20,000 nucleotides of DNA from an uncultured virus (IMG/VR IMGVR_UViG_3300043423_000026) (taxonomy: Duplodnaviria > Heunggongvirae > Uroviricota > Caudoviricetes > Crassvirales), in the IMG/VR virus record IMGVR_UViG_3300043423_000026. One strand, written 5' to 3'. This document shows positions 8,666 to 15,569 of this stretch, one piece after another. The notes beneath the pieces are model-generated. The model searched no databases and had not been told where the DNA came from. It saw nothing but the letters and a program-made list of their open reading frames with translations. Numbering within the stretch: position 1 is the stretch's first letter; every line of letters starts with the position of its first letter. Position numbers and translations under genes: made by a program.

Positions 8666-8807
8666 GGAAAGCTCTTGTTGCGTGACCCGGAGCGCTTTCT
8701 TCTGAAGCAACCTCGATTACTACAGGCGCTTCTTGTTTTGGCTTAGCAACCTCTACAGTCTCAACTGTTTTCTCTACTAATCCGTTTTTTGTTTCTTTCT
8801 TGCCCAT
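8658..8807 (-). CDS. 49-aa hypothetical protein
   Basis: Not in track. MGKKETKNGLVEKTVETVEVAKPKQEAPVVIEVASEESAPGHATRAFRG*; A-rich leader (aaataaaatcaaaATG). Confidence 0.7.
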   Translation of the reverse strand: MGKKETKNGLVEKTVETVEVAKPKQEAPVVIEVASEESAPGHATRAFRG

Positions 8808-8825
8808 TTTGATTTTATTTAAAGA

Positions 8826-8993
8826 TTAGCAATAAGCGTTTTTACCTTTTATTCCACCTTTTTTTGCAGCAGCCATAACTTTATTAGTTACAGTTTTGCT
8901 TCCTCCCATTTTTCTTGGAGTGCTACCACTTGAGCTAGGCATCTGCATACGAGATGAACCTGGTAAGTTCGGAGTGTCTTTTACTTTAGCCAT
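8826..8993 (-). CDS. 55-aa basic protein (KDTPNLP motif)
   Basis: Not in track. MAKVKDTPNLPGSSRMQMPSSSGSTPRKMGGSKTVTNKVMAAAKKGGIKGKNAYC*; TAATG coupling to the upstream gene. Confidence 0.75.
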   Translation of the reverse strand: MAKVKDTPNLPGSSRMQMPSSSGSTPRKMGGSKTVTNKVMAAAKKGGIKGKNAYC

Positions 8994-9160
8994 TATTTCT
9001 TTTTAATTACTGATTTAACAATAGCTTTTGCTGCAACTTTTGCAGCTCCTTTTGCAGCGCCTTTAACAGCTCCTTTTACAGCAGCTTTAGCGACAGTTTT
9101 CTTTGCACCTTTTGGAGCCATCAATCTTGATGAAGCCGGTAAGTTTGGAGTGTCTTTCAT
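8993..9160 (-). CDS. 55-aa histone-H1-like K/A-rich protein (KDTPNLP motif)
   Basis: Not in track. MKDTPNLPASSRLMAPKGAKKTVAKAAVKGAVKGAAKGAAKVAAKAIVKSVIKKK*. Confidence 0.8.
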   Translation of the reverse strand: MKDTPNLPASSRLMAPKGAKKTVAKAAVKGAVKGAAKGAAKVAAKAIVKSVIKKK

Positions 9161-9162
9161 AA

Positions 9163-9291
9163 TTATTTCTTTTTTTGGTTTTTCATTGCCGCTTGGGCAT
9201 TTTTAGCATAGTTCTTTCTAGCACTTGCTTTTAAGTTTGGATTACTTGCTTCTTTAATGTCGTAAGCCGTTTTTTTAGTTACTTTTTTCAT
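9163..9291 (-). CDS. 42-aa basic protein
   Basis: Not in track. MKKVTKKTAYDIKEASNPNLKASARKNYAKNAQAAMKNQKKK*. Confidence 0.75.
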   Translation of the reverse strand: MKKVTKKTAYDIKEASNPNLKASARKNYAKNAQAAMKNQKKK

Positions 9292-9303
9292 TGTTTTTTA
9301 TAT

Positions 9304-9564
9304 TTATCTTACTATTTTACCACCCAAAGAAGTATTAAGTCCTTGAAGACTACCACCACTCTGTTTTCCTTTTGAATCCATTGTACTTCTTCTCTTATTT
9401 CTAGCAGATTCTCTAGCAGCATAAGCCGCAGCTCTTCTTTCATTAGAGTCTGATTGAATCTTTTTTAAACTTTCAGCTAATGTCTTAGGGTCCATATCAT
9501 ACTTTGGGCTTTCTGCCAAAGGCTTAGACTCTCTAACTTCCGATTTTTTCTTAGTATCAGCCAT
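9304..9564 (-). CDS. Small basic hypothetical protein
   Basis: 86-aa ORF in the operon; N-proximal SKPLAESP motif. Confidence 0.75.
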   Translation of the reverse strand: MADTKKKSEVRESKPLAESPKYDMDPKTLAESLKKIQSDSNERRAAAYAARESARNKRRSTMDSKGKQSGGSLQGLNTSLGGKIVR

Positions 9565-9570
9565 AATTAT

Positions 9571-9954
9571 TTATTTTTTACTCCAATCTTTTTTAGATTG
9601 TTTTGCTCCGGCCTTAGATATACCACATTTACCTGATTTAAAATTAGGGTCACTAGTATCGCAAGCAGGAACATCAGCTTTTTTGTTAGCGCTTCTTAAT
9701 TGTTCTACAGACATTCCTCTTGTTGCAGCATTTTTTGCAAATTGGTCTTCAATTTTTTTTTCGGTAGCGACTCTAACAGAGTCTTTGTACTGCATAAATC
9801 TTTTAGCACCACCACTTGCTATAAGCTCTTTCTTTTTAGCTCCTTTCTCAGCCAATGTCATTTCAGCCCAGCTTTTCTTTGGCTTAATTGTATCTTGAAC
9901 AACTCTTGGAGTTGGTGTAGCAGCTAAAGGAATATCTTTTCTATTGATAGCCAT
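9571..9954 (-). CDS. Basic hypothetical protein
   Basis: 127-aa Lys-rich ORF; N-proximal RKDIPLAATP motif. Confidence 0.75.
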   Translation of the reverse strand: MAINRKDIPLAATPTPRVVQDTIKPKKSWAEMTLAEKGAKKKELIASGGAKRFMQYKDSVRVATEKKIEDQFAKNAATRGMSVEQLRSANKKADVPACDTSDPNFKSGKCGISKAGAKQSKKDWSKK

Positions 9955-9956
9955 AA

Positions 9957-10172
9957 CTATTTATTTTTTTTCAAATATTTGAAATCTTCAGGATGAGCAA
10001 GCTCGTCTTTTCTTGAAATAACAACTCCTGTAGCATAGCCACCATTATTATCCACTTTCTTAACTACTTTAGTTTTAGCAACAGGCTTTTTAGCCGGTGC
10101 AGGTTTAGGGGTTGGAGCTAACGGAGTGTCAGGTCTTTTTAATACTTGCTTAGTAATTTTAAGTCCTCTCAT
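9957..10172 (-). CDS. Small basic K/P/A-rich protein, first gene of the late-type operon
   Basis: 71 aa; KRPDTPLAPTPKPAPAKKPVAK. Confidence 0.75.
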   Translation of the reverse strand: MRGLKITKQVLKRPDTPLAPTPKPAPAKKPVAKTKVVKKVDNNGGYATGVVISRKDELAHPEDFKYLKKNK

Positions 10173-10195
10173 TTCTTTATTGTTTTTTTAATTAA

Positions 10196-10218
10196 TAACT
10201 TTGTAGCAAATGTAATAA
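10196..10218. promoter_or_regulatory. Overlapping opposed -7 promoter elements
   Basis: TAACTTTG on + (10196-10203) points to the wHTH gene; TACATTTG on - (10207-10214) points to the structural operon. Confidence 0.6.
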
Positions 10219-10229
10219 AATTTTTTTAA

Positions 10230-10673
10230 ATGAAATCAAATACAGATAACTACTTGAAATATTGGAGAGTAATACGCCAATACGTAAAAATCAAATATGG
10301 CCTAACTCAATCAGACCTTGATATTATATTTTTTCTTTACTCCGAATCGTACTTTGACAGGGATAAGTTCCTTGAGTTTGATACTATACTTGGTTGGGAT
10401 AAACAGCGCTTTGAGAAGTTGCGAAAAGCAGGTTGGATAGAAGTATTTAGACAAAGAATGGGTAACCGAAAAGCTTTGTACCAATTGTCATCAAAAGCTA
10501 AGACAATGGTTCGGTTAGTTTATAACAAACTAAACGGGGAAGAAATCCCCGTTAGTAATTCTCAGAATAGAATGTTTGCTAGAAATGTATCATACACTGA
10601 TAAAAGATACCGTGCTATGATATTAGAAATGAATGCTATTATAAAACAACAACGACATCACGCTCCTGAATAA
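10230..10673 (+). CDS. Putative winged-helix DNA-binding regulator
   Basis: YGLTQSDLDIIFFLY...RFEKLRKAGWIEVF...KALYQLSSKAK resembles MarR-like wHTH; the only plus-strand gene in the left arm. Confidence 0.65.
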   Translation: MKSNTDNYLKYWRVIRQYVKIKYGLTQSDLDIIFFLYSESYFDRDKFLEFDTILGWDKQRFEKLRKAGWIEVFRQRMGNRKALYQLSSKAKTMVRLVYNKLNGEEIPVSNSQNRMFARNVSYTDKRYRAMILEMNAIIKQQRHHAPE

Positions 10674-10902
10674 TAGTGTGAGGTTTATCCTCTATTAGCA
10701 TCGTAAATCCGTGAGACTTGTCGTAATAGATAACATCATCCGCTTTGATATAATCCACCTCTGTACCTGATGATATTACGACAGCCTTTCTGTAACGCAT
10801 TCCTTTCACATCTTCGCCTGATAACACCAAGCCTGAGTCTGTTCTTACTTCCTCGTCAATTGTTTTGACAATAATATTTTTTCCGATTGGTTTTAATCCC
10901 AT
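10639..10902 (-). CDS. groES: Co-chaperonin GroES (Cpn10)
   Basis: LKPIGKNIIV, TDSGLVLS mobile loop, VISSG, IIQERDVVVVL; near groEL. Confidence 0.9.
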   Translation of the reverse strand: MGLKPIGKNIIVKTIDEEVRTDSGLVLSGEDVKGMRYRKAVVISSGTEVDYIKADDVIYYDKSHGFTMLIEDKPHTIIQERDVVVVL

Positions 10903-10927
10903 TTGTATTTAAATTTTAATTGTTTAT

Positions 10928-11179
10928 TTAATCGTTTATTAAGTTTATAAATATTGGTGTTCTTTCTCCGAAGTATGACCCTTCAATATTGTAGAAGAAA
11001 TAATCAGAGGCATCCTGATTAGTCCAATTGTTTCTCGACATTAGAATCTCAATTATTGTGTCTGTAGAATAAACGAGACAGCCGGTGCTGCTTACACCAA
11101 CAATAGCAGCATCGAAACCGTCCGCTTTTATATACCCATCTTCAGGGTACATATCTAATATTTTAGTCAACAAATCCAT
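10928..11179 (-). CDS. Conserved acidic phage hypothetical protein
   Basis: ADGFDAAIVG...VYS...YNIEGSYFGERTPIF pattern, familiar from environmental phages. Confidence 0.75.
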   Translation of the reverse strand: MDLLTKILDMYPEDGYIKADGFDAAIVGVSSTGCLVYSTDTIIEILMSRNNWTNQDASDYFFYNIEGSYFGERTPIFINLIND

Positions 11180-11399
11180 CCTCTTTTAAAAGTTTTATAA
11201 ATTTACGTTTATCTCCATTCTTTGGATACAATGCAATATCAATAAATCCTGAGTCTTGTCTGTGTCGTAAAACTTTAACCTCATATCTGTTAAGATGTAC
11301 AACAGCATTGACCAACAACTGACACTCTTCAATAGAAGCATCATAGCTTTGCATCAAACCGTAAATCTCTAATGTAATAAAATCAATTCCTCTTATCAT
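11163..11399 (-). CDS. Hypothetical protein
   Basis: 78-aa ORF overlapping its neighbours in the groEL-groES operon. Confidence 0.6.
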   Translation of the reverse strand: MIRGIDFITLEIYGLMQSYDASIEECQLLVNAVVHLNRYEVKVLRHRQDSGFIDIALYPKNGDKRKFIKLLKEDGFVD

Positions 11400-11598
11400 A
11401 ATCTTTTGATTCGTCTTTCCAATTTAACCAAAATCCAACTCCTACAATTATGTTCATACCCATAGAAGCAATTATCTCTGTAAGGTCTTCGTATATGTTT
11501 AAACTTAGATGAACGTGACCTATCGTCCAAAAAGGAATCGATAGGTTACACGCTATCCAAATTATAGTGAATTTACAAAACCTCTTCAGTTTGCTCAT
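11383..11598 (-). CDS. Small two-TM membrane protein
   Basis: Two hydrophobic segments; overlaps the groEL stop. Confidence 0.6.
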   Translation of the reverse strand: MSKLKRFCKFTIIWIACNLSIPFWTIGHVHLSLNIYEDLTEIIASMGMNIIVGVGFWLNWKDESKDYDKRN

Positions 11599-13216
11599 AA
11601 CTACGAGCCATTGTGATTATAGCATTCGTACTCAATATCGTCACAGCAACGCTCACAGCGTTTTGTAGCGCACTTCTAGTTACCTTTAAGGGGTCTATGA
11701 CACCCATCTTAATTAAGTCGCCCATTTGGCCTGTTTTTAAGTTGTAACCTTGACCTGCCTCAATACCATCAGGATAAATATCCTTAGCTTTCAGTCCTGC
11801 ATTTGAAAGTATCTGTAAGAACGGAGCCATAAGAGCTTCGCTCAATACGCTAGCTGCTACATTTCTCTCTTCACTTGTACCATCACAAACATCGTTCACT
11901 TTCTCGCAAACGGATAGTAAAGCACTTTCTTCAAGTAAAGCTTTACCTGCACCTGGTAAGATACCTTCCTCAAGCGCTGAACGAACTGCGCAAACAGCAT
12001 CATCAACTCTATCGTATAACTCTTTCTGCTCTAAGTCTGTTTGTCCACCTACGTAGATAACACCAATTCCACCTGTTAGCGATGCAATACGCTCTAACAA
12101 GAAATCCTTGTCCACTTTCTTAGTCGCATTTTTATGAGCGTCCCATAATTGGTCTACCCTTTCTTTTATCACAGACTCATCAGAACGAACGTCTGACTTA
12201 ATGATAACAGTTTTATCTTTACTTATAATCACCTTAGAGGCGTGTCCTAAATCTCCGAAGTTAATGATACTTAAATCATCCCCTGTTTTCTCACTGAAGT
12301 AAGTAGCACCTACGCTGATAGCAATATCGTGCATAAGCTCGTGTTGCTTGTATCCAAAACTAGGAGGAGCAACAGCACATACTTTTAAATTCCCCTTCAC
12401 GCTATTAGCAGCCAAAGTATTTACAACGTTAGCATTACACGGAGAGATAATCAAAAGCTTTTTACCTTCTGTGATAATTGGTTTCAATACGTTCTCAATC
12501 TGCAAAATATTCGCAATCTCCATATCAGCAACCAACACCATAACATCATCAAGAACACACTCGTCTTTCTTTTGGTCATTGATAAACATCGAGCTTAAAT
12601 AACCTCTGTCAAATTTCAAACCTAAAGTAGTCTCAGCATACGTCTCATCGTTTTGGCTTCTCTCTACAGTTACAATACCTGTCTTACCAACATTTTTGTA
12701 AACCTCAGAGATTATCTTCCCAATCTCTCTATCGTTATTAGCAGATATACTAGCAACGTCAATAAGCATTGAAGATGAAAGTCTCTTACTCTTACGTCTT
12801 AGGTTGTCCACAACCTTATCGCTCATCTCCACCAATGCTCTAAGAACCTCCGTTCTGTTATGAGTATCTTTGATTTGGTTTAATCCACCCAATACTAAAG
12901 CCTCAGTCAAAACAATTGCAGTGGTCGTTCCATCTCCTGCATTAGTAGCCGTTCTTTCAGCAGCTTCCTTCATCATCTTAACAGCCAAGTTCTCTACAGG
13001 GTCAAACAAGTCAATACTCTTAGCAACAGTTACACCATCCTTAGTCACAGTAATTCCGTGAGTGTGATTTGGACTCTCAATAAGTACAGTATTACCTCCT
13101 GGACCTAAAGTACTTTTTACAGACTTAGCCATTTTAGCTACCCCGTTAGCTAATTTCTTTCTTCCTTTATCCTCAAAATGTAAATCTTTTGGAGAATAAC
13201 CTTGATTTTGTGTCAT
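11573..13216 (-). CDS. groEL: Chaperonin GroEL (Cpn60), phage-encoded
   Basis: TLGPGG, VTKDGVTVAK, GDGTTT, FDRGYLS, ERIASLTGG, RVDDA, GVIDPLKVTRSALQNAVSVA. Confidence 0.97.
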   Translation of the reverse strand: MTQNQGYSPKDLHFEDKGRKKLANGVAKMAKSVKSTLGPGGNTVLIESPNHTHGITVTKDGVTVAKSIDLFDPVENLAVKMMKEAAERTATNAGDGTTTAIVLTEALVLGGLNQIKDTHNRTEVLRALVEMSDKVVDNLRRKSKRLSSSMLIDVASISANNDREIGKIISEVYKNVGKTGIVTVERSQNDETYAETTLGLKFDRGYLSSMFINDQKKDECVLDDVMVLVADMEIANILQIENVLKPIITEGKKLLIISPCNANVVNTLAANSVKGNLKVCAVAPPSFGYKQHELMHDIAISVGATYFSEKTGDDLSIINFGDLGHASKVIISKDKTVIIKSDVRSDESVIKERVDQLWDAHKNATKKVDKDFLLERIASLTGGIGVIYVGGQTDLEQKELYDRVDDAVCAVRSALEEGILPGAGKALLEESALLSVCEKVNDVCDGTSEERNVAASVLSEALMAPFLQILSNAGLKAKDIYPDGIEAGQGYNLKTGQMGDLIKMGVIDPLKVTRSALQNAVSVAVTILSTNAIITMARSYEQTEEVL

Positions 13217-13242
13217 TTGATTGTATTTAAAATTGATATGTG

Positions 13243-13250
13243 CAAATATA
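13243..13250 (-). promoter_or_regulatory. -7 promoter element upstream of groEL
   Basis: Reverse complement TATATTTG, matching TAnnTTTG, 27 nt upstream of the groEL ATG. Confidence 0.6.
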
Positions 13251-13340
13251 GTACATAAAATTCTTAATACCTACACTAAAAATAAAAAAGTTTATACATC
13301 TTCAGAATATTATATAACATCATTCCGAGGATTATTACGT

Positions 13341-13523
13341 ATGTCAGTTTTCTTTTTTCCTATATATATATATATATTTTCTCTTATATATAGTTTATTT
13401 CTCACTGTATTTCATTTTTTTTTTCGACATTTCCGACATAAAGAAAATAAAAGACTAATAATCAGTTAGTTACAAAATTAAAATCGACATAAAAATCGAC
13501 ATAAAAATGTCAGTTTTTGACAT
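13341..13523. repeat. Iteron-like GACAT/ATGTC repeat cluster with (TA)n tract and IHF-like site
   Basis: CGACAT at 13425, 13434, 13485, 13497; TGACAT at 13518; inverted ATGTCAGTTTT at 13341 and 13507; (TA)8 at 13361-13376; AATCAGTTAGTTA at 13460-13472. Confidence 0.7.
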
Positions 13524-13530
13524 AAGAAAT

Positions 13531-13565
13531 AAAAAAAGCGAGAAACTAAAAGAATCTCGCTTTTT
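13531..13565 (-). terminator. Intrinsic terminator (possibly bidirectional)
   Basis: AAAAAAAGCGAGA-11 nt-TCTCGCTTTTT, just downstream of ORF 13583..13816. Confidence 0.8.
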
Positions 13566-13582
13566 CAATAATCAATTAATGA

Positions 13583-13816
13583 CTAATCGCAATCAGAACA
13601 TATACCCATTTCCGACATAGACTCTCCCATTGCAGTACCTCTTGCAACAATTGAAATCTTCTCAGCAACTTTAGCTGACCTCTTAATCTGAGCAGCCTGT
13701 GCAATACCCGTTTGTCCATCAGGACGGTTGTTAATCAACCTACCGTTTCTCACAGTCAACCCATCATAGGCAGTCTGACCGTAAATACTGTTCTTTAAAT
13801 CTAATCCTCTTTTCAT
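13583..13816 (-). CDS. Hypothetical protein, monocistronic
   Basis: 77-aa ORF with its own -7 element and terminator; DGLTVRNGRLINNRPDG motif; ends CSDCD. Confidence 0.75.
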   Translation of the reverse strand: MKRGLDLKNSIYGQTAYDGLTVRNGRLINNRPDGQTGIAQAAQIKRSAKVAEKISIVARGTAMGESMSEMGICSDCD

Positions 13817-13836
13817 ATTATATGTGGTTTAAGGTA

Positions 13837-13844
13837 CAAATATA
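13837..13844 (-). promoter_or_regulatory. -7 promoter element
   Basis: Reverse complement TATATTTG, 21 nt upstream of ATG 13816. Confidence 0.6.
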
Positions 13845-13869
13845 AGAATTTATGAGATAATAAGATTGT

Positions 13870-14260
13870 TTGGATACTATACCCATTTTACGTGAGCGTG
13901 GCCGAAACGGAAACGATATTTATTTTAGGGGGTGGGGGTGCATTTCAAAAAAAGCGGGTCGGATTTTTTGGCGTTTTGGTGGGGGTGCCACACGTGGGCA
14001 ACGTGGCCGTCTTTGTTGGGCGTGGCCGTCTTGCTTGTACGCTATACCGCCCCCAACGGGTGACGCTTTGCACTCTCGCTACACAATAGCCCGCAAGCTC
14101 TCAACAATTGCCCCGCATTTGGGCTAAACTTTCCCCCAAAATCCCTTATTTTATAGGGGTTAACACACTATTAAGGGGGGCTTTATCCCCCGCCTATTGT
14201 TTTTCACCCTCAAAAACTACAAAAATTTAACATTGGGGAACCCGCATAAACAAAGGACTT
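13870..14260. other. GC-rich non-coding island at the transcription-strand switch (candidate genome end/packaging site or origin)
   Basis: GC content far above flanks; GGTGGGGGTGC x2 (13931, 13978); CGTGGCCG x3; several G/C-run hairpins; lies between divergent arms. Confidence 0.55.
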
Positions 14261-14303
14261 TCAAAAAAACTTTGCATAAAATGAAAAAAAAGTATCTTTT
14301 TAT

Positions 14304-14334
14304 TTTGTAATATAAAAGAAATGTACTAATATTG
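14304..14334 (+). promoter_or_regulatory. Bacteroidota sigma-A type early promoter, copy 1
   Basis: TTTG-19 nt-TAATATTG; spacer nearly identical to the copy at 17246. Confidence 0.75.
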
Positions 14335-14395
14335 TCAAAGAATTGAACGGGTAAAAAGCCCTATTTTAACTTAAGTAACTAAAAATCAATACATT

Positions 14396-14698
14396 ATGAA
14401 AACATTGTTAAAAAAGATTGACTTAATTAACTCAATGATTGAATCGGTAGAGCTATCGGAAAATATTCCTTTGACTTATTCGGGTGGAACATTCCCGCGT
14501 TATGTAGTAATTAAACCTATTAAAGTAAAAAATCAATTTGTTACTATTGAGGCCAATATAAAAAGCTATTCGTTTATAGACGGCAAAGAGCGTTATAATA
14601 TTAATAAGGCTTCTTTAATGGCTGATGAGTATTGCAAAAAACACCTTAATTATACTTTAAACATTATTTTAAAATCATTCAAAAACTCACTTAAATAA
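14396..14698 (+). CDS. Early hypothetical protein
   Basis: 100-aa ORF, first after the promoter; leader aatcaatacattATGAAAACA. Confidence 0.75.
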   Translation: MKTLLKKIDLINSMIESVELSENIPLTYSGGTFPRYVVIKPIKVKNQFVTIEANIKSYSFIDGKERYNINKASLMADEYCKKHLNYTLNIILKSFKNSLK

Positions 14699-14707
14699 TC
14701 AAACATT

Positions 14708-15049
14708 ATGAAAACAATTTCAGAAACTCAAAACTTTTTAAATTCATTAAACAAATTGACTTTTATTGATTCAGACGGCCAAAGCTTTACAACGTTGGAG
14801 GGCTTTATAGTATCGTATGAATTTAATATAATGGAGGTAACCAATAAAAGCTATCCGGTACAAATTTTATTTTATGTAAAAAAAGACGGGGCGCACGTTT
14901 TAACGTGGGGTTGCTATTCAAATGAATGTAACACATTTGCGGGGGCTTGGATACTAAAAATAAAATCCAAAGTAAGGGACGAAAAAAATTCAGTACAGGA
15001 CGAAAAAAAGGCCATTGCAAAAGCTTTATTTAATGAACTAATAAAATAA
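14708..15049 (+). CDS. Early hypothetical protein
   Basis: 113-aa ORF; leader aatcaaacattATGAAAACA. Confidence 0.75.
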   Translation: MKTISETQNFLNSLNKLTFIDSDGQSFTTLEGFIVSYEFNIMEVTNKSYPVQILFYVKKDGAHVLTWGCYSNECNTFAGAWILKIKSKVRDEKNSVQDEKKAIAKALFNELIK

Positions 15050-15094
15050 TATTAACGGGGGCAAAAGCCCCCAATTAAACCAATATAAAATGAA
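15042..15094 (+). repeat. Hairpin-containing gene-junction repeat, copy 1
   Basis: taaaaTAAtattaacGGGGGCaaaaGCCCCCaattaaaccaatataaaATGaa; 52/53 identical to 16387-16439. Confidence 0.95.
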
Positions 15095-15470
15095 AACAAC
15101 TTTAAATTTTTGGGAAAATACAATTTTAAATAATATCAATTTGGACGGGTACGAGCTACAAAGCCCTCAAAAACATATCAAATTTGATAAGCTTAATAAT
15201 TTTGATAAAGTGCAAAGCGTTTACAATATTTTTAAAGATGAATATTTGCACGCTAATAACAAACATTTGGGCGCTGAGACTTTGTTTTGTGAGTGGCTTC
15301 AAGGCTTGCCCAATTGTTTAAGTGTGCCTTATATGAATTACGAAATTTTAGAAAACGCCAAAAAATACGGTGCCTTTAATTTAGTAACCGAAATGCAAAA
15401 AGAAAACTTTTTAAATAACTATTGGCCAATGCTTGCAAAATCATTTTTTAACTTATCAATAAAATTGTAA
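15090..15470 (+). CDS. Early hypothetical protein
   Basis: 126 aa; EWLQGLP motif. Confidence 0.8.
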   Translation: MKTTLNFWENTILNNINLDGYELQSPQKHIKFDKLNNFDKVQSVYNIFKDEYLHANNKHLGAETLFCEWLQGLPNCLSVPYMNYEILENAKKYGAFNLVTEMQKENFLNNYWPMLAKSFFNLSIKL

Positions 15471-15565
15471 TGAAATATTTTTTACAACACAAAAAGCCCC
15501 AATACATTTTTTGTATTATAGTAACCTTATATATATTAATTCAAATAATCAGAATAAATCTTTAA
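15470..15565 (+). CDS. 31-aa single-TM peptide
   Basis: Not in track. MKYFLQHKKPQYIFCIIVTLYILIQIIRINL*; TAATG coupling, fills the gap exactly. Confidence 0.6.
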   Translation: MKYFLQHKKPQYIFCIIVTLYILIQIIRINL

Positions 15566-15569
15566 TAAA

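Noticed and set aside
8666..8710. Track start at 8710 for ORF 8378..8710
   Set aside because: TTG start inside the upstream 49-aa ORF (8658..8807); GTG 8665 or ATG 8650 fits operon coupling better.
5483..13061. Plus-strand track ORFs 5483, 9683, 9700, 11875, 12348, 12870
   Set aside because: Lie wholly antisense to well-supported minus-strand genes, including groEL.
10639..13216. groEL/groES as host chromosomal genes flanking a prophage
   Set aside because: Reversed and split order, divergent sequence, and interleaving with phage-type small ORFs indicate they are phage-borne.
13221..14127. Track ORFs 13221..13469, 13870..14127, 13892..14089
   Set aside because: Run through low-complexity or GC-rich control regions; atypical composition and weak starts.
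15490..15504. AAAAGCCCCAAT as a further hairpin copy
   Set aside because: Only the right half is present and it lies within a small ORF; could be chance or a remnant.
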